From IMG/VR virus record IMGVR_UViG_3300036863_000049, positions 4,640 through 68,639 of that record: DNA of 64,000 bases; one strand, 5' to 3'. Of the stretch, positions 46,385 to 56,910 are shown in pieces (within the stretch, counting starts at the first letter, position 1; every line of letters starts with the position of its first letter). The DNA is from a virus. The notes under the pieces were generated by a model, which had not been told where the DNA came from, searched no databases, and worked only from the letters and a program-made list of their open reading frames with translations. The position numbers and the translations under genes are program-made.

Positions 46385-46777
46385 CTATCCATGCGGATGA
46401 CGCTGCCGATACGTCCGAATAACCTTCTCCAGGTCGTCCTCGTTTTTGATGGCCTCTAGCAGCAACGCTGTCTCCCGATCGGCTGCCGCCCTGCTCACTG
46501 CATCAGCCCGCGTTGCTTTCCCGTCATCCCATAGCTCCAAGAAACTATCGAGCGACCCGCGCAAAATCTTCATGAGTTTGCGTGCTTTTTGCATTGACGG
46601 CCGATTCTCCCCATTCTCCCACCGGCTCATAGTCCGATCGGTTACCGGCACCGCCGCTGCCACATCCTCTTGACGCATATCCGCAAGTCGCCGCAGTGTT
46701 ACCAGATATTCGCCGCCAGCCTCACCGCTCATAAATGTACCATCCATGCTAGTCCGCTCCTTTTCGTATTTTACCAA
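46385..46777 (-). CDS. CI-like XRE repressor (start uncertain)
   Basis: LRRLADMRQEDVAAAVPVTDRTMSRWENGENRPS. Confidence 0.85.
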   Translation of the reverse strand: MVKYEKERTSMDGTFMSGEAGGEYLVTLRRLADMRQEDVAAAVPVTDRTMSRWENGENRPSMQKARKLMKILRGSLDSFLELWDDGKATRADAVSRAAADRETALLLEAIKNEDDLEKVIRTYRQRHPHG

Positions 46778-46779
46778 AT

Positions 46780-46875
46780 TGCGCCAAAAATGTCACCAGA
46801 CACTATTGACAGGTAGGGGACATCTGTGGTATATTAATCATGTCCGAAACAAGACACTTCTGTCAGGAGACAAAC
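46780..46875. promoter_or_regulatory. cI/cro switch region with TGTC-N4-GACA operators
   Basis: TGTCACCAGACA, TGTCAGGAGACA; TTGACA...TATATT. Confidence 0.65.
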
Positions 46876-46878
46876 CCC

Positions 46879-47115
46879 ATGTCACGACCGAAACCATCCT
46901 ACCCACATATCTGGGCCGCAGTCGAAGCAGCCGGTAAAAATGACCCCGAGCGCGCGAAAGCGATCGGGGTTGGTGTTCGCACGATCATGCGCTGGCGCAA
47001 AGGCGAATGGCCGGATTGTTTCGAGTACTTCACCAATCACCCCCCGCTTCATGAGGCAATGGGGCTAGAAATCGCCGCTCGTGGGCCAGCAACTACAGAC
47101 ACGTTTGGTACGTGA
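46879..47115 (+). CDS. Cro-like HTH
   Basis: RAKAIGVGVRTIMRWRKG; divergent from cI. Confidence 0.7.
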   Translation: MSRPKPSYPHIWAAVEAAGKNDPERAKAIGVGVRTIMRWRKGEWPDCFEYFTNHPPLHEAMGLEIAARGPATTDTFGT

Positions 47116-47176
47116 CAATTTTAGCATCTCTCTACCCATCGTGTCAATTACAGTTTTGAGATAAGGAGCGCCCGTC

Positions 47177-47590
47177 ATGCTAAACCTCACCGACCTGAAA
47201 CGGATCACCTACGTTCATCCCGACTTCGAAGCGGCGTTCGGCGAGAACGTTATCGGCTACTTCAAGTCGAATTTAGATGCTGAGAACGCGCTGAATGCGC
47301 ACACCCTCGACCTGATTATGAGCGGCGCTATTCCGCCCGAGGATGACCCGCCGCTGCCTAATCCTTTACCTGACGACGCCGACCCCCCGTGTGCAGGCGC
47401 GGCGATCGGCCGAATGTGGCACAAGCAACCGCGTGATTTCATCGCCGTCCTTCGCCAGCTCGACATGACCGCGCGGGTAAAGCTGGCCGAGTCCTATGCC
47501 GAGTGGCGCGGCACCGACGCGACGGCAGTGTTTGACCTCTGGACGCTCGCGGTGCAGGGCGCCAATGTGCCGGCGAACGCTCGATCCTAG
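47177..47590 (+). CDS. Hypothetical protein
   Basis: RBS AAGGAG. Confidence 0.6.
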   Translation: MLNLTDLKRITYVHPDFEAAFGENVIGYFKSNLDAENALNAHTLDLIMSGAIPPEDDPPLPNPLPDDADPPCAGAAIGRMWHKQPRDFIAVLRQLDMTARVKLAESYAEWRGTDATAVFDLWTLAVQGANVPANARS

Positions 47591-47612
47591 TATACCGAGA
47601 AAGGCCGATCCT

Positions 47613-47969
47613 GTGATCGTTTACCTACCCGCCTTCATCGCCGGCTGGCTCTTTACCTTGACACTGCTGATCATCTTCCACCTGCTATGGAATGACGCGA
47701 TCGAGGAAATACGCTACGGACTAGGTGCCGGGGCTATCTGCGCCGGGTGTGCGCTCGCTGGCCTCATCATCGACAACGAGTTGTTGACGTTCGGCCCAGC
47801 TATCATCACCAGTTCAGGCTTAATTATCGTGCTCATCCAGTGGCTTGAACGCCGCGCCGATGAGCGCAAGGCCAAAGCCCAGAAGCGCGGGGAGGTCATA
47901 GGGGCCGCGCACGGGCTAACACAGGAGATCATCGATGGCAGTGGGGAGCGGTCGCACCGGCAGAACTGA
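47613..47969 (+). CDS. Three-TM membrane protein
   Basis: Hydrophobic segments; GTG start. Confidence 0.5.
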   Translation: MIVYLPAFIAGWLFTLTLLIIFHLLWNDAIEEIRYGLGAGAICAGCALAGLIIDNELLTFGPAIITSSGLIIVLIQWLERRADERKAKAQKRGEVIGAAHGLTQEIIDGSGERSHRQN

Positions 47970-48140
47970 GCGCATGGAGAATATCTTAGCGCTCTGCATC
48001 GACATCTATCACGCGGTTGGCGTCCTGGCTGAACGCGAGCCGGATGACGACGACCTGAACGAATTACTGTATATCCTCAAGGCGACGGCGGCGATCAAGG
48101 CGCTGGCGCTGGCGGAGCGAAATGGAAAGGAAGTGCTGCA

Positions 48141-48389
48141 ATGACTCTTATCAAGCTAGGTGACAGGTACATCAACCTGGATAACGTGACCAGCATTATG
48201 CCACTCAACAAAGAGTACGCGGGCAAGCCGGGCATCCTGCAAATTGAATATATCGGCCGCGCGAGCGAGGACTGGGGCGCTGAGTGGGTCGAGGGTGCCG
48301 ATGCTATCGCGCTCCGCTTCTGGCTTGACCAGCGCTCCGCCGACATCACGCGCCACTACGAGATGGAAACGAAGATGGGGCCACGATGA
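48141..48389 (+). CDS. Hypothetical protein
   Basis: IKLGDRYINLDNVT. Confidence 0.55.
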   Translation: MTLIKLGDRYINLDNVTSIMPLNKEYAGKPGILQIEYIGRASEDWGAEWVEGADAIALRFWLDQRSADITRHYEMETKMGPR

Positions 48390-48640
48390 TGCCAAAGCAA
48401 GCTGAGCGCCAATGGCAAATCCCGCGCGGCGATTACGAGTGGTCCGACTACCAATGCCCGACGACCGGCGTATGGTTCCATCCGCTGTCCCATCGGCTCA
48501 TGGAGATCGGGGATCAGGCATTCGTATGGGTATACTGCCCCATTTGTGACCATCACTGCCGCGTGCGCGGACAGGACGGCTATGACCCGATGAACCCTCA
48601 ACCCCATTGCTACACCCTCGTGAATGGAAAAGAGCTATGA
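48386..48640 (+). CDS. Small Cys/His protein
   Basis: CPICD; ATGA overlaps. Confidence 0.5.
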   Translation: MMPKQAERQWQIPRGDYEWSDYQCPTTGVWFHPLSHRLMEIGDQAFVWVYCPICDHHCRVRGQDGYDPMNPQPHCYTLVNGKEL

Positions 48641-48845
48641 CCCACCTTGCCGACATCTCAACCGGCGCTAATTTGACGGCGGAGTTCAACCTACGTTTCG
48701 CTATCCGCGTCGAGCGCGAGCGCTACCAGGCGATGCCGCCCCGCTTGCAAGCCGAGACGCTCTCTCGCGTGATGGCGAACGTCGAGCGGCATCCGAACTC
48801 GTGGCTGGCGAAGCACTGGAAACAGATTTATGGAGGGACGATACG

Positions 48846-49082
48846 ATGACAATGCGAGTTCCACCTATGTCCCGGCCTGAGACGCTGCACCGCGTTCTGG
48901 CGGCTGTCCAGGCGTTCACACGCGAGCACGGACGCGCGCCAAGTCTGAACGAGTTGACGAACATGACCGGGCTGGCGCGCAGCACGGTCTGGTACGCGCT
49001 CAACACGCTGAGACGTGACTACGGCTATGTGCGGTGGGAGAAGCGGCGCGAGGGTACGCTACGGGTCACCGAGAGGTATTGA
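48846..49082 (+). CDS. LexA-like DNA-binding-domain protein
   Basis: FTREHGRAPSLNELTNMTGLARSTVWYALNTL. Confidence 0.7.
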   Translation: MTMRVPPMSRPETLHRVLAAVQAFTREHGRAPSLNELTNMTGLARSTVWYALNTLRRDYGYVRWEKRREGTLRVTERY

Positions 49083-49307
49083 TATGACAATAAGCAGCTT
49101 TAACCACTTCCTCGAATACCTGGCATCGAACGGGCACAAGTACGCGTTGCACCCGCAGCAGATCCGCGGCTTCGACGGGACCGAGAAGGAGACGCGGGTG
49201 TTAGCGACGATCGGCGGCGTCCCGCTGACGTTCAGAGTCAAGAAGGGCTACACCGAAGTAGTAGCCGAGTGGCGGCAAGCAATGGAACGAGGAAGCGAGG
49301 AAGCGGC

Positions 49308-49982
49308 ATGACAAATCTTGGCAATATCTACGGCCTACTAACCGAGCCGTTCTCTACGTCGGTCGTCGAGGTCAAGCCCGGCGCGACGAACCAGGAAGGC
49401 ACGAAGGCGCTGGCGCTGGCCTACGTTGATGCGCGCCACTACCAGGCGCGGCTTGACGACACGGTTGGCGCTGACAACTGGCAAGTCGAGTACCGGCCGG
49501 TATCCGACCGCGCAACCGTCTGCCGCCTGACAATCTTCGGCGTCGTGCGTGAAGACGTGGGAGAGGCCGACGCTACGGACGCGAACCAGGCCACCAGCGC
49601 GGCGATGCAAGCCTTCAAGCGCGCGTGTGCGGCATTCGGCCTGGGCCGCTACCTGTACACCGACTTGCCGCAACTCTGGGTAGATGCGGAGAAGTTCGGC
49701 AAGACCGTAAAGATTAAAGACCCGGCCGGCGCGGTGTGGAGAATGTACCAGCAAGCGGGTATCCTGGGAGTTCAGAAGCCGCAAACGAACGGCACCGACC
49801 GGCGACAGAAGATGATCACGAAGATCCAAACGCTGATGGTCGATGCCCGCGAGCGCGGTATCGAAGTGAAGCACAAGCCACTTGACCAGGCGACGGATGA
49901 CGAGCTAGTATCTATCGGCAAGGCGTACACCGCGGCGCTGGAGAAGCGCGGCAAAGTGGAAGAAGCCGAGATCCCGCTTTAA
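49308..49982 (+). CDS. Rad52-like single-strand annealing protein (Sak)
   Basis: YVDARHYQARLDDTVGADNW, AFKRACAAFGLGRYLY. Confidence 0.85.
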   Translation: MTNLGNIYGLLTEPFSTSVVEVKPGATNQEGTKALALAYVDARHYQARLDDTVGADNWQVEYRPVSDRATVCRLTIFGVVREDVGEADATDANQATSAAMQAFKRACAAFGLGRYLYTDLPQLWVDAEKFGKTVKIKDPAGAVWRMYQQAGILGVQKPQTNGTDRRQKMITKIQTLMVDARERGIEVKHKPLDQATDDELVSIGKAYTAALEKRGKVEEAEIPL

Positions 49983-50047
49983 TACACCCGCCCGCGCTGG
50001 TCAATCCATCAGGCCGGCGCGGGTGTTTCTGTTGACTGAGGAGCACG

Positions 50048-50773
50048 ATGGCAGACCCAGCCAGCATACCGCCACCGAACTACACGCAGATACCGAACGC
50101 GATCTTTGAGTTGATGGCCGATAAGGAAGCGCATTTCACCGAGGCGGAGTTGCGGGTCGTCCTGGCAATCGCTCGCAAAACGTTCGGCTGGCACAAGAAG
50201 CGCGACAAACTCAGCCTCACGCAACTCGAAAAGCTCACGGCGATGAGCAGACCGAGCGTGAAGGCGGGGATTGATGCCGCGATAGCGCGCGGCTTAGTTC
50301 GGCGTACGCCCGACAAAGACGATGGGCGCGGGGGATTTTATTACGAGCTTCTTGTAGATGAGCCGAATGAGCCGAATAGTAAAAAATCTTTACTAGTAAA
50401 GAATGTTAACCAGTTAAAAGAGTTAACCGATACTAGTAAAGAATCTTTACCAGAACTAGTAAAAAATCTTTACCCACAAAAGAAAGATAAAGAAAAGAAA
50501 GAAACATCATCGTCGCACGTCGCGTTTTTGATCGACCAGGGGATGGGGGCGGCGATGGAGTTTCAAGATTTAGAACCGGATGCCGCAATAGCCGACTTTA
50601 AGCGACGGGTGAAGGACGGGCAGTCAGTCGCGCAGATCGTTCGAGCATGGAGACTTAACGCTCCTGTTCGCAAACCAGAGCCGAATGGCACCGGCCCGCC
50701 AGGATACCGCCCGCCCGCCGATGCCCTAACGCCAGAAGAACGAGACAAGAAGCTGAAGGAACTGCGCCGATGA
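50048..50773 (+). CDS. Replication initiator (lambda O-like)
   Basis: NYTQIPN, IARKTFGWHKKRDKLSLTQ; internal iterons. Confidence 0.85.
   Translation: MADPASIPPPNYTQIPNAIFELMADKEAHFTEAELRVVLAIARKTFGWHKKRDKLSLTQLEKLTAMSRPSVKAGIDAAIARGLVRRTPDKDDGRGGFYYELLVDEPNEPNSKKSLLVKNVNQLKELTDTSKESLPELVKNLYPQKKDKEKKETSSSHVAFLIDQGMGAAMEFQDLEPDAAIADFKRRVKDGQSVAQIVRAWRLNAPVRKPEPNGTGPPGYRPPADALTPEERDKKLKELRR
50377..50475. repeat. Phage origin iterons
   Basis: AT-rich TAGTAAA(A/G)AAT(C/G)TT(T/A)AC repeated four times. Confidence 0.8.
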
Positions 50774-52116
50774 CCACCAACAAAGCCATACCCGCCGACA
50801 TAGAGGCTGAGAAAAGCGTACTCGGATCGCTACTGATGAACCGCGATGCCATTATCGCCGTCGCGCCGTGGCTATCATCCGCGATGTTCTACCTGGAGGC
50901 GCACGGCTGGATTTACGAGGCGTGCCTGTCCTGCTACAACCGGCGGGTTCCGCCCGATACGCGGATGGTTGCCGACGAACTGAAGAGGAACGGCCGGCTG
51001 GAAGACGCTGGCGGCTATTCGTACCTGTCGAAACTGGTAGATGCCGTGCCGACAAGCTACCACGTCGAGCACTACGCGCGGATTGTCGAGCATAGTGCCG
51101 CCCTTCGTTCGCTCATCATCGCGGGCGGCAAGATAGCGGCGCTTGGATACGACGAACGAACGGATGTACAAGAGACGATCGCCAACGCCCACGCGCTCCT
51201 AACGACGGCGACGGCGCGCCCATCGGACGATGAGACGCTCATTGAGATGGCGAAGATTGTTGATATGCGGTTTGCACAGGTGAGCGCTGGCGGCTCGCAG
51301 GCGCAACTCGGAATCCCGACTGGGCTAAAGGATTTCGATCAGCAGACCGGCGGGCTACACAAGTCCGACCTCATCATCATCGCCGCCCGGCCCGGCGTGG
51401 GCAAGTCAAGTCTGGCGCTGACTATCGCCTACAATCTCGCCGTTGCTGGGCACCGGCTCGACATCTTTAGTCTTGAGATGTCGAAAGACCAGAACCTAGA
51501 TCGGCTGATTGCGATGCACACCGGCATCAACCTACTCGACGCGCGGTTGCTGGCGATGAACGACGATGGATGGGCGCGCTATATGGACGCGCTCGGCTTC
51601 ATTCACGCCTTGCCGATCGCCGTAGATGACCAGCCAGCACTTACCCTGCACGACTTACGGACACGGTTACTGAGGCGCCAGGCAACGATGGGCGCGCCCA
51701 CGCTGGTCATTGTTGACTATCTCGGCCTGATGCGTGTTCCGAAGTCGCGCAGTCGCTATGACGAGGTTTCGGAGATTGCGCGCGGGCTGAAGAACCTCGC
51801 AAAAGAGATGAATGTACCCGTACTGGCGCTCTGTCAGATGTCTCGCGCCGTGGAAGAACGCCCTGGTCACTTGCCGATGCTCTCCGATTTGCGCGAGAGT
51901 GGCGAGTTAGAGCAAGCCGCCGATCTTGTAGCCTTCATCTATCGTGAAGAGATGCACGACTCGGATACGGACAAACGCGGCGTCGCCAGACTCATCATCG
52001 CCAAGCACCGACATGGCGCGCTGGGCACCGTTCCGTTGCACTTCGACAAGTCTACTACGCGGTTCACTGATCTAAGCTATCGACAGGAGGCTAGCTATGC
52101 CCATCAAGCCGATTGA
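50770..52116 (+). CDS. dnaB: Replicative DNA helicase
   Basis: AARPGVGKS, FSLEM, IVDYL, SDLRESGELEQAAD, IAKHRHG. Confidence 0.95.
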   Translation: MTTNKAIPADIEAEKSVLGSLLMNRDAIIAVAPWLSSAMFYLEAHGWIYEACLSCYNRRVPPDTRMVADELKRNGRLEDAGGYSYLSKLVDAVPTSYHVEHYARIVEHSAALRSLIIAGGKIAALGYDERTDVQETIANAHALLTTATARPSDDETLIEMAKIVDMRFAQVSAGGSQAQLGIPTGLKDFDQQTGGLHKSDLIIIAARPGVGKSSLALTIAYNLAVAGHRLDIFSLEMSKDQNLDRLIAMHTGINLLDARLLAMNDDGWARYMDALGFIHALPIAVDDQPALTLHDLRTRLLRRQATMGAPTLVIVDYLGLMRVPKSRSRYDEVSEIARGLKNLAKEMNVPVLALCQMSRAVEERPGHLPMLSDLRESGELEQAADLVAFIYREEMHDSDTDKRGVARLIIAKHRHGALGTVPLHFDKSTTRFTDLSYRQEASYAHQAD

Positions 52117-52663
52117 GACGGTCTATAAGGGCTACCGTTTTCGCAGCCGAATCGAGGCGCGGTGGGCCGTAGTCTTCAAGACGCTTGCCCAGCCGTGGGA
52201 ATACGAGAAAGAGGGATATGACCTCGGTGATGCTGGGTGGTATCTTCCTGACTTCTGGCTGCCTAATACCTATGACCGGATCGGACATCGGGGTATCTGG
52301 GTTGAGATTAAAGGGCAGCAGCCGAGCGACATTGAAAGCCAGCGATGTGAGGCGCTCGCGCTCGGCACGAAACACTCCGTCATGATGTTTGTCGGCCCGC
52401 CGCGCACATACTATGAGGGGACCGATAGTGATGGGCACTACCAATGGACATATGATGCCGAGTCGGGCGATATCTGGTGGGACAACTATATGCGGCTACA
52501 CTATTGCAGCGACTGCTTTGTGGCGAAAGTTGAGTTTGATAACGATTATTTTACCTGCCCGCAATGCAAGAAAGAAACCTGCATCCCACATCACCCGCTA
52601 ATCGACGCATCAGTCAAAATCGCCCGCTCTACCCGCTTTGAGCACGGCGATCGTGAAAGGTGA
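52097..52663 (+). CDS. PD-(D/E)XK-like nuclease
   Basis: FRSRIEARWA, YLPDFWL, WVEIKG. Confidence 0.7.
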   Translation: MPIKPIETVYKGYRFRSRIEARWAVVFKTLAQPWEYEKEGYDLGDAGWYLPDFWLPNTYDRIGHRGIWVEIKGQQPSDIESQRCEALALGTKHSVMMFVGPPRTYYEGTDSDGHYQWTYDAESGDIWWDNYMRLHYCSDCFVAKVEFDNDYFTCPQCKKETCIPHHPLIDASVKIARSTRFEHGDRER

Positions 52664-53185
52664 AAGCCATGACCACTAGCACCTACGCCGTTATCATCGC
52701 GCCCGTCTGGGCCGTCTGTGAGGTCTGTGGCTGCCCGTGTGCGGGTGAGCCTGTCGAGGTGTGCTACATCGCGGAGCAGCCGCGCTACAGCCACGTTGAT
52801 TTAGTCGCGTGCCTGAAGCGGTGGGAAGAGGCGCCCGCCGAGAGTGAGGCGGCGAATGGATAATGAACCCTACCGCCTCGGCGCGCTGATCCGGTGGTGC
52901 TTCCTGCACGAGGCCCGCCGTCCGGGGCTGCGCGTGGTGCGTCGTTGTGCGCAGCGGCTGGTGAGAGCGGCGTATGCGCGGGAGGTGGGGCGATGCTAGT
53001 TATATGCCCACTCTGCGAAGAGGTCAAGCCGGTAGAGGCCCGCGGGCTGTGCAAGCGCTGCTATTACGGCGCGCAGCGGCTCGGGATACTCGATAGGTTC
53101 CCGTGCCGCCGCTGGGGACGGCGAACGATCGTGTTCGACGCCGCGTACCACCGCGAGTGGCGACGGCGGCGAAAGGAGCAAGGCC

Positions 53186-53383
53186 ATGCAAGCTGAGACG
53201 ATACGGCAAGCGCTTGAAAAGCTCGATGAGCTAGAAGCGCTGATCGGCAACGACCCTGGTGCGTTTCAGGATCTACACTATGACTTTTTTCAGCCGGTCA
53301 AGCGGATACGCGAGGCGCTGTTAAAAGAACTTAACTTTGCCGAAATAGACTTGCTCGGCGGGCTTATCAAGGTGATGCGATGA
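53186..53383 (+). CDS. Hypothetical protein
   Basis: RBS AAGGAG. Confidence 0.45.
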   Translation: MQAETIRQALEKLDELEALIGNDPGAFQDLHYDFFQPVKRIREALLKELNFAEIDLLGGLIKVMR

Positions 53384-53670
53384 GAGAGACAACCGAGATT
53401 AGCCTGGAAGACTACCGCCGCCTCTCTCGCGCGCAGCCGCGCCAGCGAGCGAAGCGCGCGCCCAGGGCCGACATCCCACGCGCCCCGCGTCAGGAAGCGA
53501 CCGGGCTGCACGTGCTCATCGCGAAGGGCTGGAGTATCCAAAGCCCAGACAGCGTTCAGTACCGGCTCTACAAGATCGGGGAGCCGGGGATGGACACCGG
53601 GCTGTGCGACAGTGAGAAGGCCGCGTGTGACCGGGCAAAGGCGCTTGCGGTGGTGGGGGTGAAGGGGTGA
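53380..53670 (+). CDS. Hypothetical protein
   Basis: 4-nt overlaps on both sides. Confidence 0.5.
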   Translation: MRETTEISLEDYRRLSRAQPRQRAKRAPRADIPRAPRQEATGLHVLIAKGWSIQSPDSVQYRLYKIGEPGMDTGLCDSEKAACDRAKALAVVGVKG

Positions 53671-54542
53671 CTATGTGGCGGAACATTCCAGAATCATACC
53701 GTAACCAGATCGTCGTGAGCGATGCGCTTGACTATCTGCGCAGCCTGCCTGATGCCAGCGTGCCGCTGTTCCTGTTCAGCCCGCCGTACAATCTCGGCAA
53801 CAGCAGCGGGGGCGGAATGCCGGGCGCAAAACGACAAGGGCACTATGCACCGGATTTGCCCCTCTCCCGGCGCGGCGGCCCATACCATGCCGCAATGGAC
53901 GGGGGCCGCCGCGCCGGGAAGTGGGACAGTGGATCGCTGGCAGATGGTTACGGCGACTATAGCGACGGGCTACCGTGGGATGAGTATGTTCCCTGGCAAC
54001 ACGCAATCCTGCGTGAGTGCTGGCGCTGCCTAACCGCCGGCGGCGCGATCTTCTACAACCACAAATCACGAGTTCTTGACGGCGTGTTGCTCGATACGAT
54101 CACGTTCGTGCCGGAAGACTTGCCCATTCGCCAGCGCATTATTTGGGCACGCGCCGGCGGGGTGAACTTTTCACCGTCGTTTTATTGTCCGACGCATGAA
54201 GAGATCCTCGTGATCGCGCGGCCTGACTTTCGGCTCAAAAGCAAAGGCGCGTCGGGTGTCGGAACAGTTTGGAGCGTCACGCAAGAAACGAATACTTGGC
54301 ATCCCGCGCCGTTCCCACTTGCGCTAGCGGAGCGGGTTATCGAGACGGTCATGCCGCCGTTCGTTTGTGACCCGTTCATCGGCTCTGGTACGAGCGCCGT
54401 CGCCGCCGTCCGGTGTGGTGTGGGCTTCATCGGGTGCGACCGCAGCGCCGCCTACGTCGAGCGAGCGCGAAAGCGCGTAGCGAGCACACAGCCGATTAGC
54501 CGCGCCCTTGTTGAGGCACTAGGGCAGGACGTGCTGCTATGA
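53667..54542 (+). CDS. Beta-class N4-C/N6-A DNA methyltransferase
   Basis: FSPPY, HPAPFP, DPFIGSGTS. Confidence 0.9.
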   Translation: MTMWRNIPESYRNQIVVSDALDYLRSLPDASVPLFLFSPPYNLGNSSGGGMPGAKRQGHYAPDLPLSRRGGPYHAAMDGGRRAGKWDSGSLADGYGDYSDGLPWDEYVPWQHAILRECWRCLTAGGAIFYNHKSRVLDGVLLDTITFVPEDLPIRQRIIWARAGGVNFSPSFYCPTHEEILVIARPDFRLKSKGASGVGTVWSVTQETNTWHPAPFPLALAERVIETVMPPFVCDPFIGSGTSAVAAVRCGVGFIGCDRSAAYVERARKRVASTQPISRALVEALGQDVLL

Positions 54543-54716
54543 CCCTCACCCCACACCCCACCGCGCCCCTGCTGCGTCGCCGCGAGGGTGGCGGGTGGGA
54601 GCGCCTTATCGCAGGCAGTCTGCTGCGTGGAGCGCCGCGCTACGAGCCGGTGGAGTGGGACGAGGCGGCATACGCAGAGAAGCAGCGCAAGGCGGCGAAG
54701 ATGAGGGAGCAAGCCA

Positions 54717-54938
54717 ATGTCTGACCGCGCCCACATCCTCATCCGCGCGCTGCGCCTTGAGGACGAAAATTACTATCTGCGCCAGGCGCTGCGCCAGAGC
54801 CGGCGAACGGCGCCCGAAGAGACCGCCCGGATTGTCGAGCTGCGCGGGCGCGGGCTGACCTGGACGGCGATCGGCGCGCGGGTGGGGTTGAGTGCGGAAG
54901 CGGCACGGCTGCGCTACCGACGGGCGAAGGAGCAATAA
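54717..54938 (+). CDS. Small HTH protein
   Basis: LRGRGLTWTAIGARVGLSAEAARLRY. Confidence 0.6.
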   Translation: MSDRAHILIRALRLEDENYYLRQALRQSRRTAPEETARIVELRGRGLTWTAIGARVGLSAEAARLRYRRAKEQ

Positions 54939-55145
54939 GGATGGAAAAAGATAACATTTGTATCAGCGGGATATGGCTGCGCTCATGGCACGAGGGGCGT
55001 ATGCAGGTGCTTGTCGAGATGGCTGGTCAGTGGTACGTCGTGATTGACGATTACGCGCCGCTCTACGAGATGGAAGTTAGTCATATTGTCGAGCCAGTAG
55101 GCATCAAGCAGCGGGTAAACGCCGCACGGCGGAAAGGGGTAGACG

Positions 55146-55520
55146 ATGCTTGATCTAGAGGCTGTCCAAAAACGTCTTGACGCCGCTCGCGATGAACTAA
55201 GCGCGCTCTGTAAGGGTAAGCGATTTCTGATGACTATCCCGCCGGATCGCAACCGTGATAGCGATCTTATCCTTGCCGCCACCCTAAGTGACATACCTGC
55301 CCTTCAGGCCGAACTCGCCACAGCGCACGCCGCGCTCGAAGACAAACACCGCGCCTGGCTCGCGGCGGAGCGGGAGCTGGATGCGGCGCGGGCGGCGCTC
55401 GGTGGACTGCTTACGGCTTGTGAGGCCGCTGATGCACAGGAAGACCTCTCTGAGTTAGTTGACGGCTCACTGATGGACGCGGCACGCGAAGCGCTCGACG
55501 CCGCACGGCGCGCCGAGTAG
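55146..55520 (+). CDS. Coiled-coil hypothetical protein
   Basis: Operon packing. Confidence 0.5.
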   Translation: MLDLEAVQKRLDAARDELSALCKGKRFLMTIPPDRNRDSDLILAATLSDIPALQAELATAHAALEDKHRAWLAAERELDAARAALGGLLTACEAADAQEDLSELVDGSLMDAAREALDAARRAE

Positions 55521-55539
55521 CGCGAGAGAGTAGCGTATA

Positions 55540-55878
55540 ATGGAGCCACGCGGCGTCACACTCAAGAAGGCAGGCGAACTGATCGGCGGCGACAAGCCGC
55601 TGTCGGTGCGTACCGTGAGTGCGATGATCGCGCGTGGCGAACTGGAAGCCTACGGCGCGCGAAAGGGGCGACGTGTGACGACGCGCTCGATCCGCGCCTA
55701 TCAGGACGGAAAGCAATGGCAAAGCGAAAGCGCGAGCGGCGCAAGCCTGGCAGTGGCTACACCACCGCCGCGCCGAACCAAACGTGGAGCGCGTTCTTTC
55801 CGAAGCGACCAAGCGGATACCACGTCCGTAAAGGTTTCCGCACCCGCGCGCTTGCCGAAGCATGGCTTGATTCGCTAG
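55540..55878 (+). CDS. xis: Excisionase-like HTH
   Basis: TLKKAGELIG...SVRTVSAMIARGEL; overlaps the int 5' end. Confidence 0.65.
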   Translation: MEPRGVTLKKAGELIGGDKPLSVRTVSAMIARGELEAYGARKGRRVTTRSIRAYQDGKQWQSESASGASLAVATPPPRRTKRGARSFRSDQADTTSVKVSAPARLPKHGLIR

Positions 55879-56879
55879 GCCAGCAGCGCGCCGATAAACA
55901 GGATGTATCCAGCGGACAGCAGCGCGTCGGCGTCTGGGTCGACCGCTGGATCGAACGCAGCGGCCGTGAGCGCGGGTGGAAAGCGAAGATGCTCGCGGAT
56001 GTGCTCTATAAACTCGGCTATGTGAAGCCGTATCTCGGCGCCGTTGCGCTCTCCGATGTCCTACCCGATGATGTTGACGCGATGATGGATGACCTCGCGC
56101 ACGACCTTGCCGAGAACACGATCCGCCAGATCCGCAATTACCTCTTTCAGGTTTTCGAGAGCGCGGTCAAGCGCCGCTATATCGCCTTCAACCCGGTCAT
56201 CAAGCCCGAGCGCCGTAAACGTGCTGAGCAGAAGCCCACCCAGCGCTTGACCGTAGCAGAGACGAGGCGCGTACTGCGTGAAGCTGAACCGTCGTTCTAC
56301 AGCTTGGCCTGGTGGCTGGTCTTCACGCTCGGGCTGCGCGCTGGCGAGGTATGCGGCCTCAGATGGGGAGATATCGACCTGGATAAGGCGACGGTCAGCG
56401 TCCTCCAGGAGTGGACGGACTTGCGCGGCACGCCATACCGAGACACGCCCAAAGGCAGCAAGACGCGGCTGCTGCCGTTACCACGCGCTCTGGCCGCGCC
56501 TCTCGCGGCACACAAACAGGACTGCGCCCGCCGCGCCGCGCAAGGCCAACAGAAGGGCTACTGGCAAGAGAACGGGCTGGTCTTTCCCGGCCGGGGCGGT
56601 CGACCAATGCACACGACCAGCCTGCGCCACCAGCTCAAACGCATGACCGACGCCTGCCACTTGCCGCCGATTACCGCGCACGAGGGGCGCCACACCGCGG
56701 CGAAGTTTTACACCGATGCGGGCGCGACACAAGAGCTTACCGGCGCCATTCTCGGCCACGGCCCGCGCACGATCACCGGGCACTACGCGCCGCACGACGC
56801 TGAGGTGCTACGGCCGTGGGTGGAAAAGGTGTATCGGGCGCTGGCGGGGGAGGTGGAGCGGATTGAAAAAGAGGCTTGA
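55716..56879 (+). CDS. int: Tyrosine integrase (phage)
   Basis: GLRAGE, HEGRH, LGH, HYA. Confidence 0.92.
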   Translation: MAKRKRERRKPGSGYTTAAPNQTWSAFFPKRPSGYHVRKGFRTRALAEAWLDSLGQQRADKQDVSSGQQRVGVWVDRWIERSGRERGWKAKMLADVLYKLGYVKPYLGAVALSDVLPDDVDAMMDDLAHDLAENTIRQIRNYLFQVFESAVKRRYIAFNPVIKPERRKRAEQKPTQRLTVAETRRVLREAEPSFYSLAWWLVFTLGLRAGEVCGLRWGDIDLDKATVSVLQEWTDLRGTPYRDTPKGSKTRLLPLPRALAAPLAAHKQDCARRAAQGQQKGYWQENGLVFPGRGGRPMHTTSLRHQLKRMTDACHLPPITAHEGRHTAAKFYTDAGATQELTGAILGHGPRTITGHYAPHDAEVLRPWVEKVYRALAGEVERIEKEA

Positions 56880-56910
56880 CAGATGTGTACCGTAGGTGTA
56901 TAATAGGTGT
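56876..56910 (+). promoter_or_regulatory. Consensus sigma70 promoter, probably leaderless
   Basis: TTGACA-17-TATAAT, with ATG 7 nt downstream. Confidence 0.75.

Noticed and set aside
52097-54542. Restriction-modification pair (nuclease + methylase)
   Set aside because: The genes are not adjacent, and both types commonly occur alone in phage replication regions.
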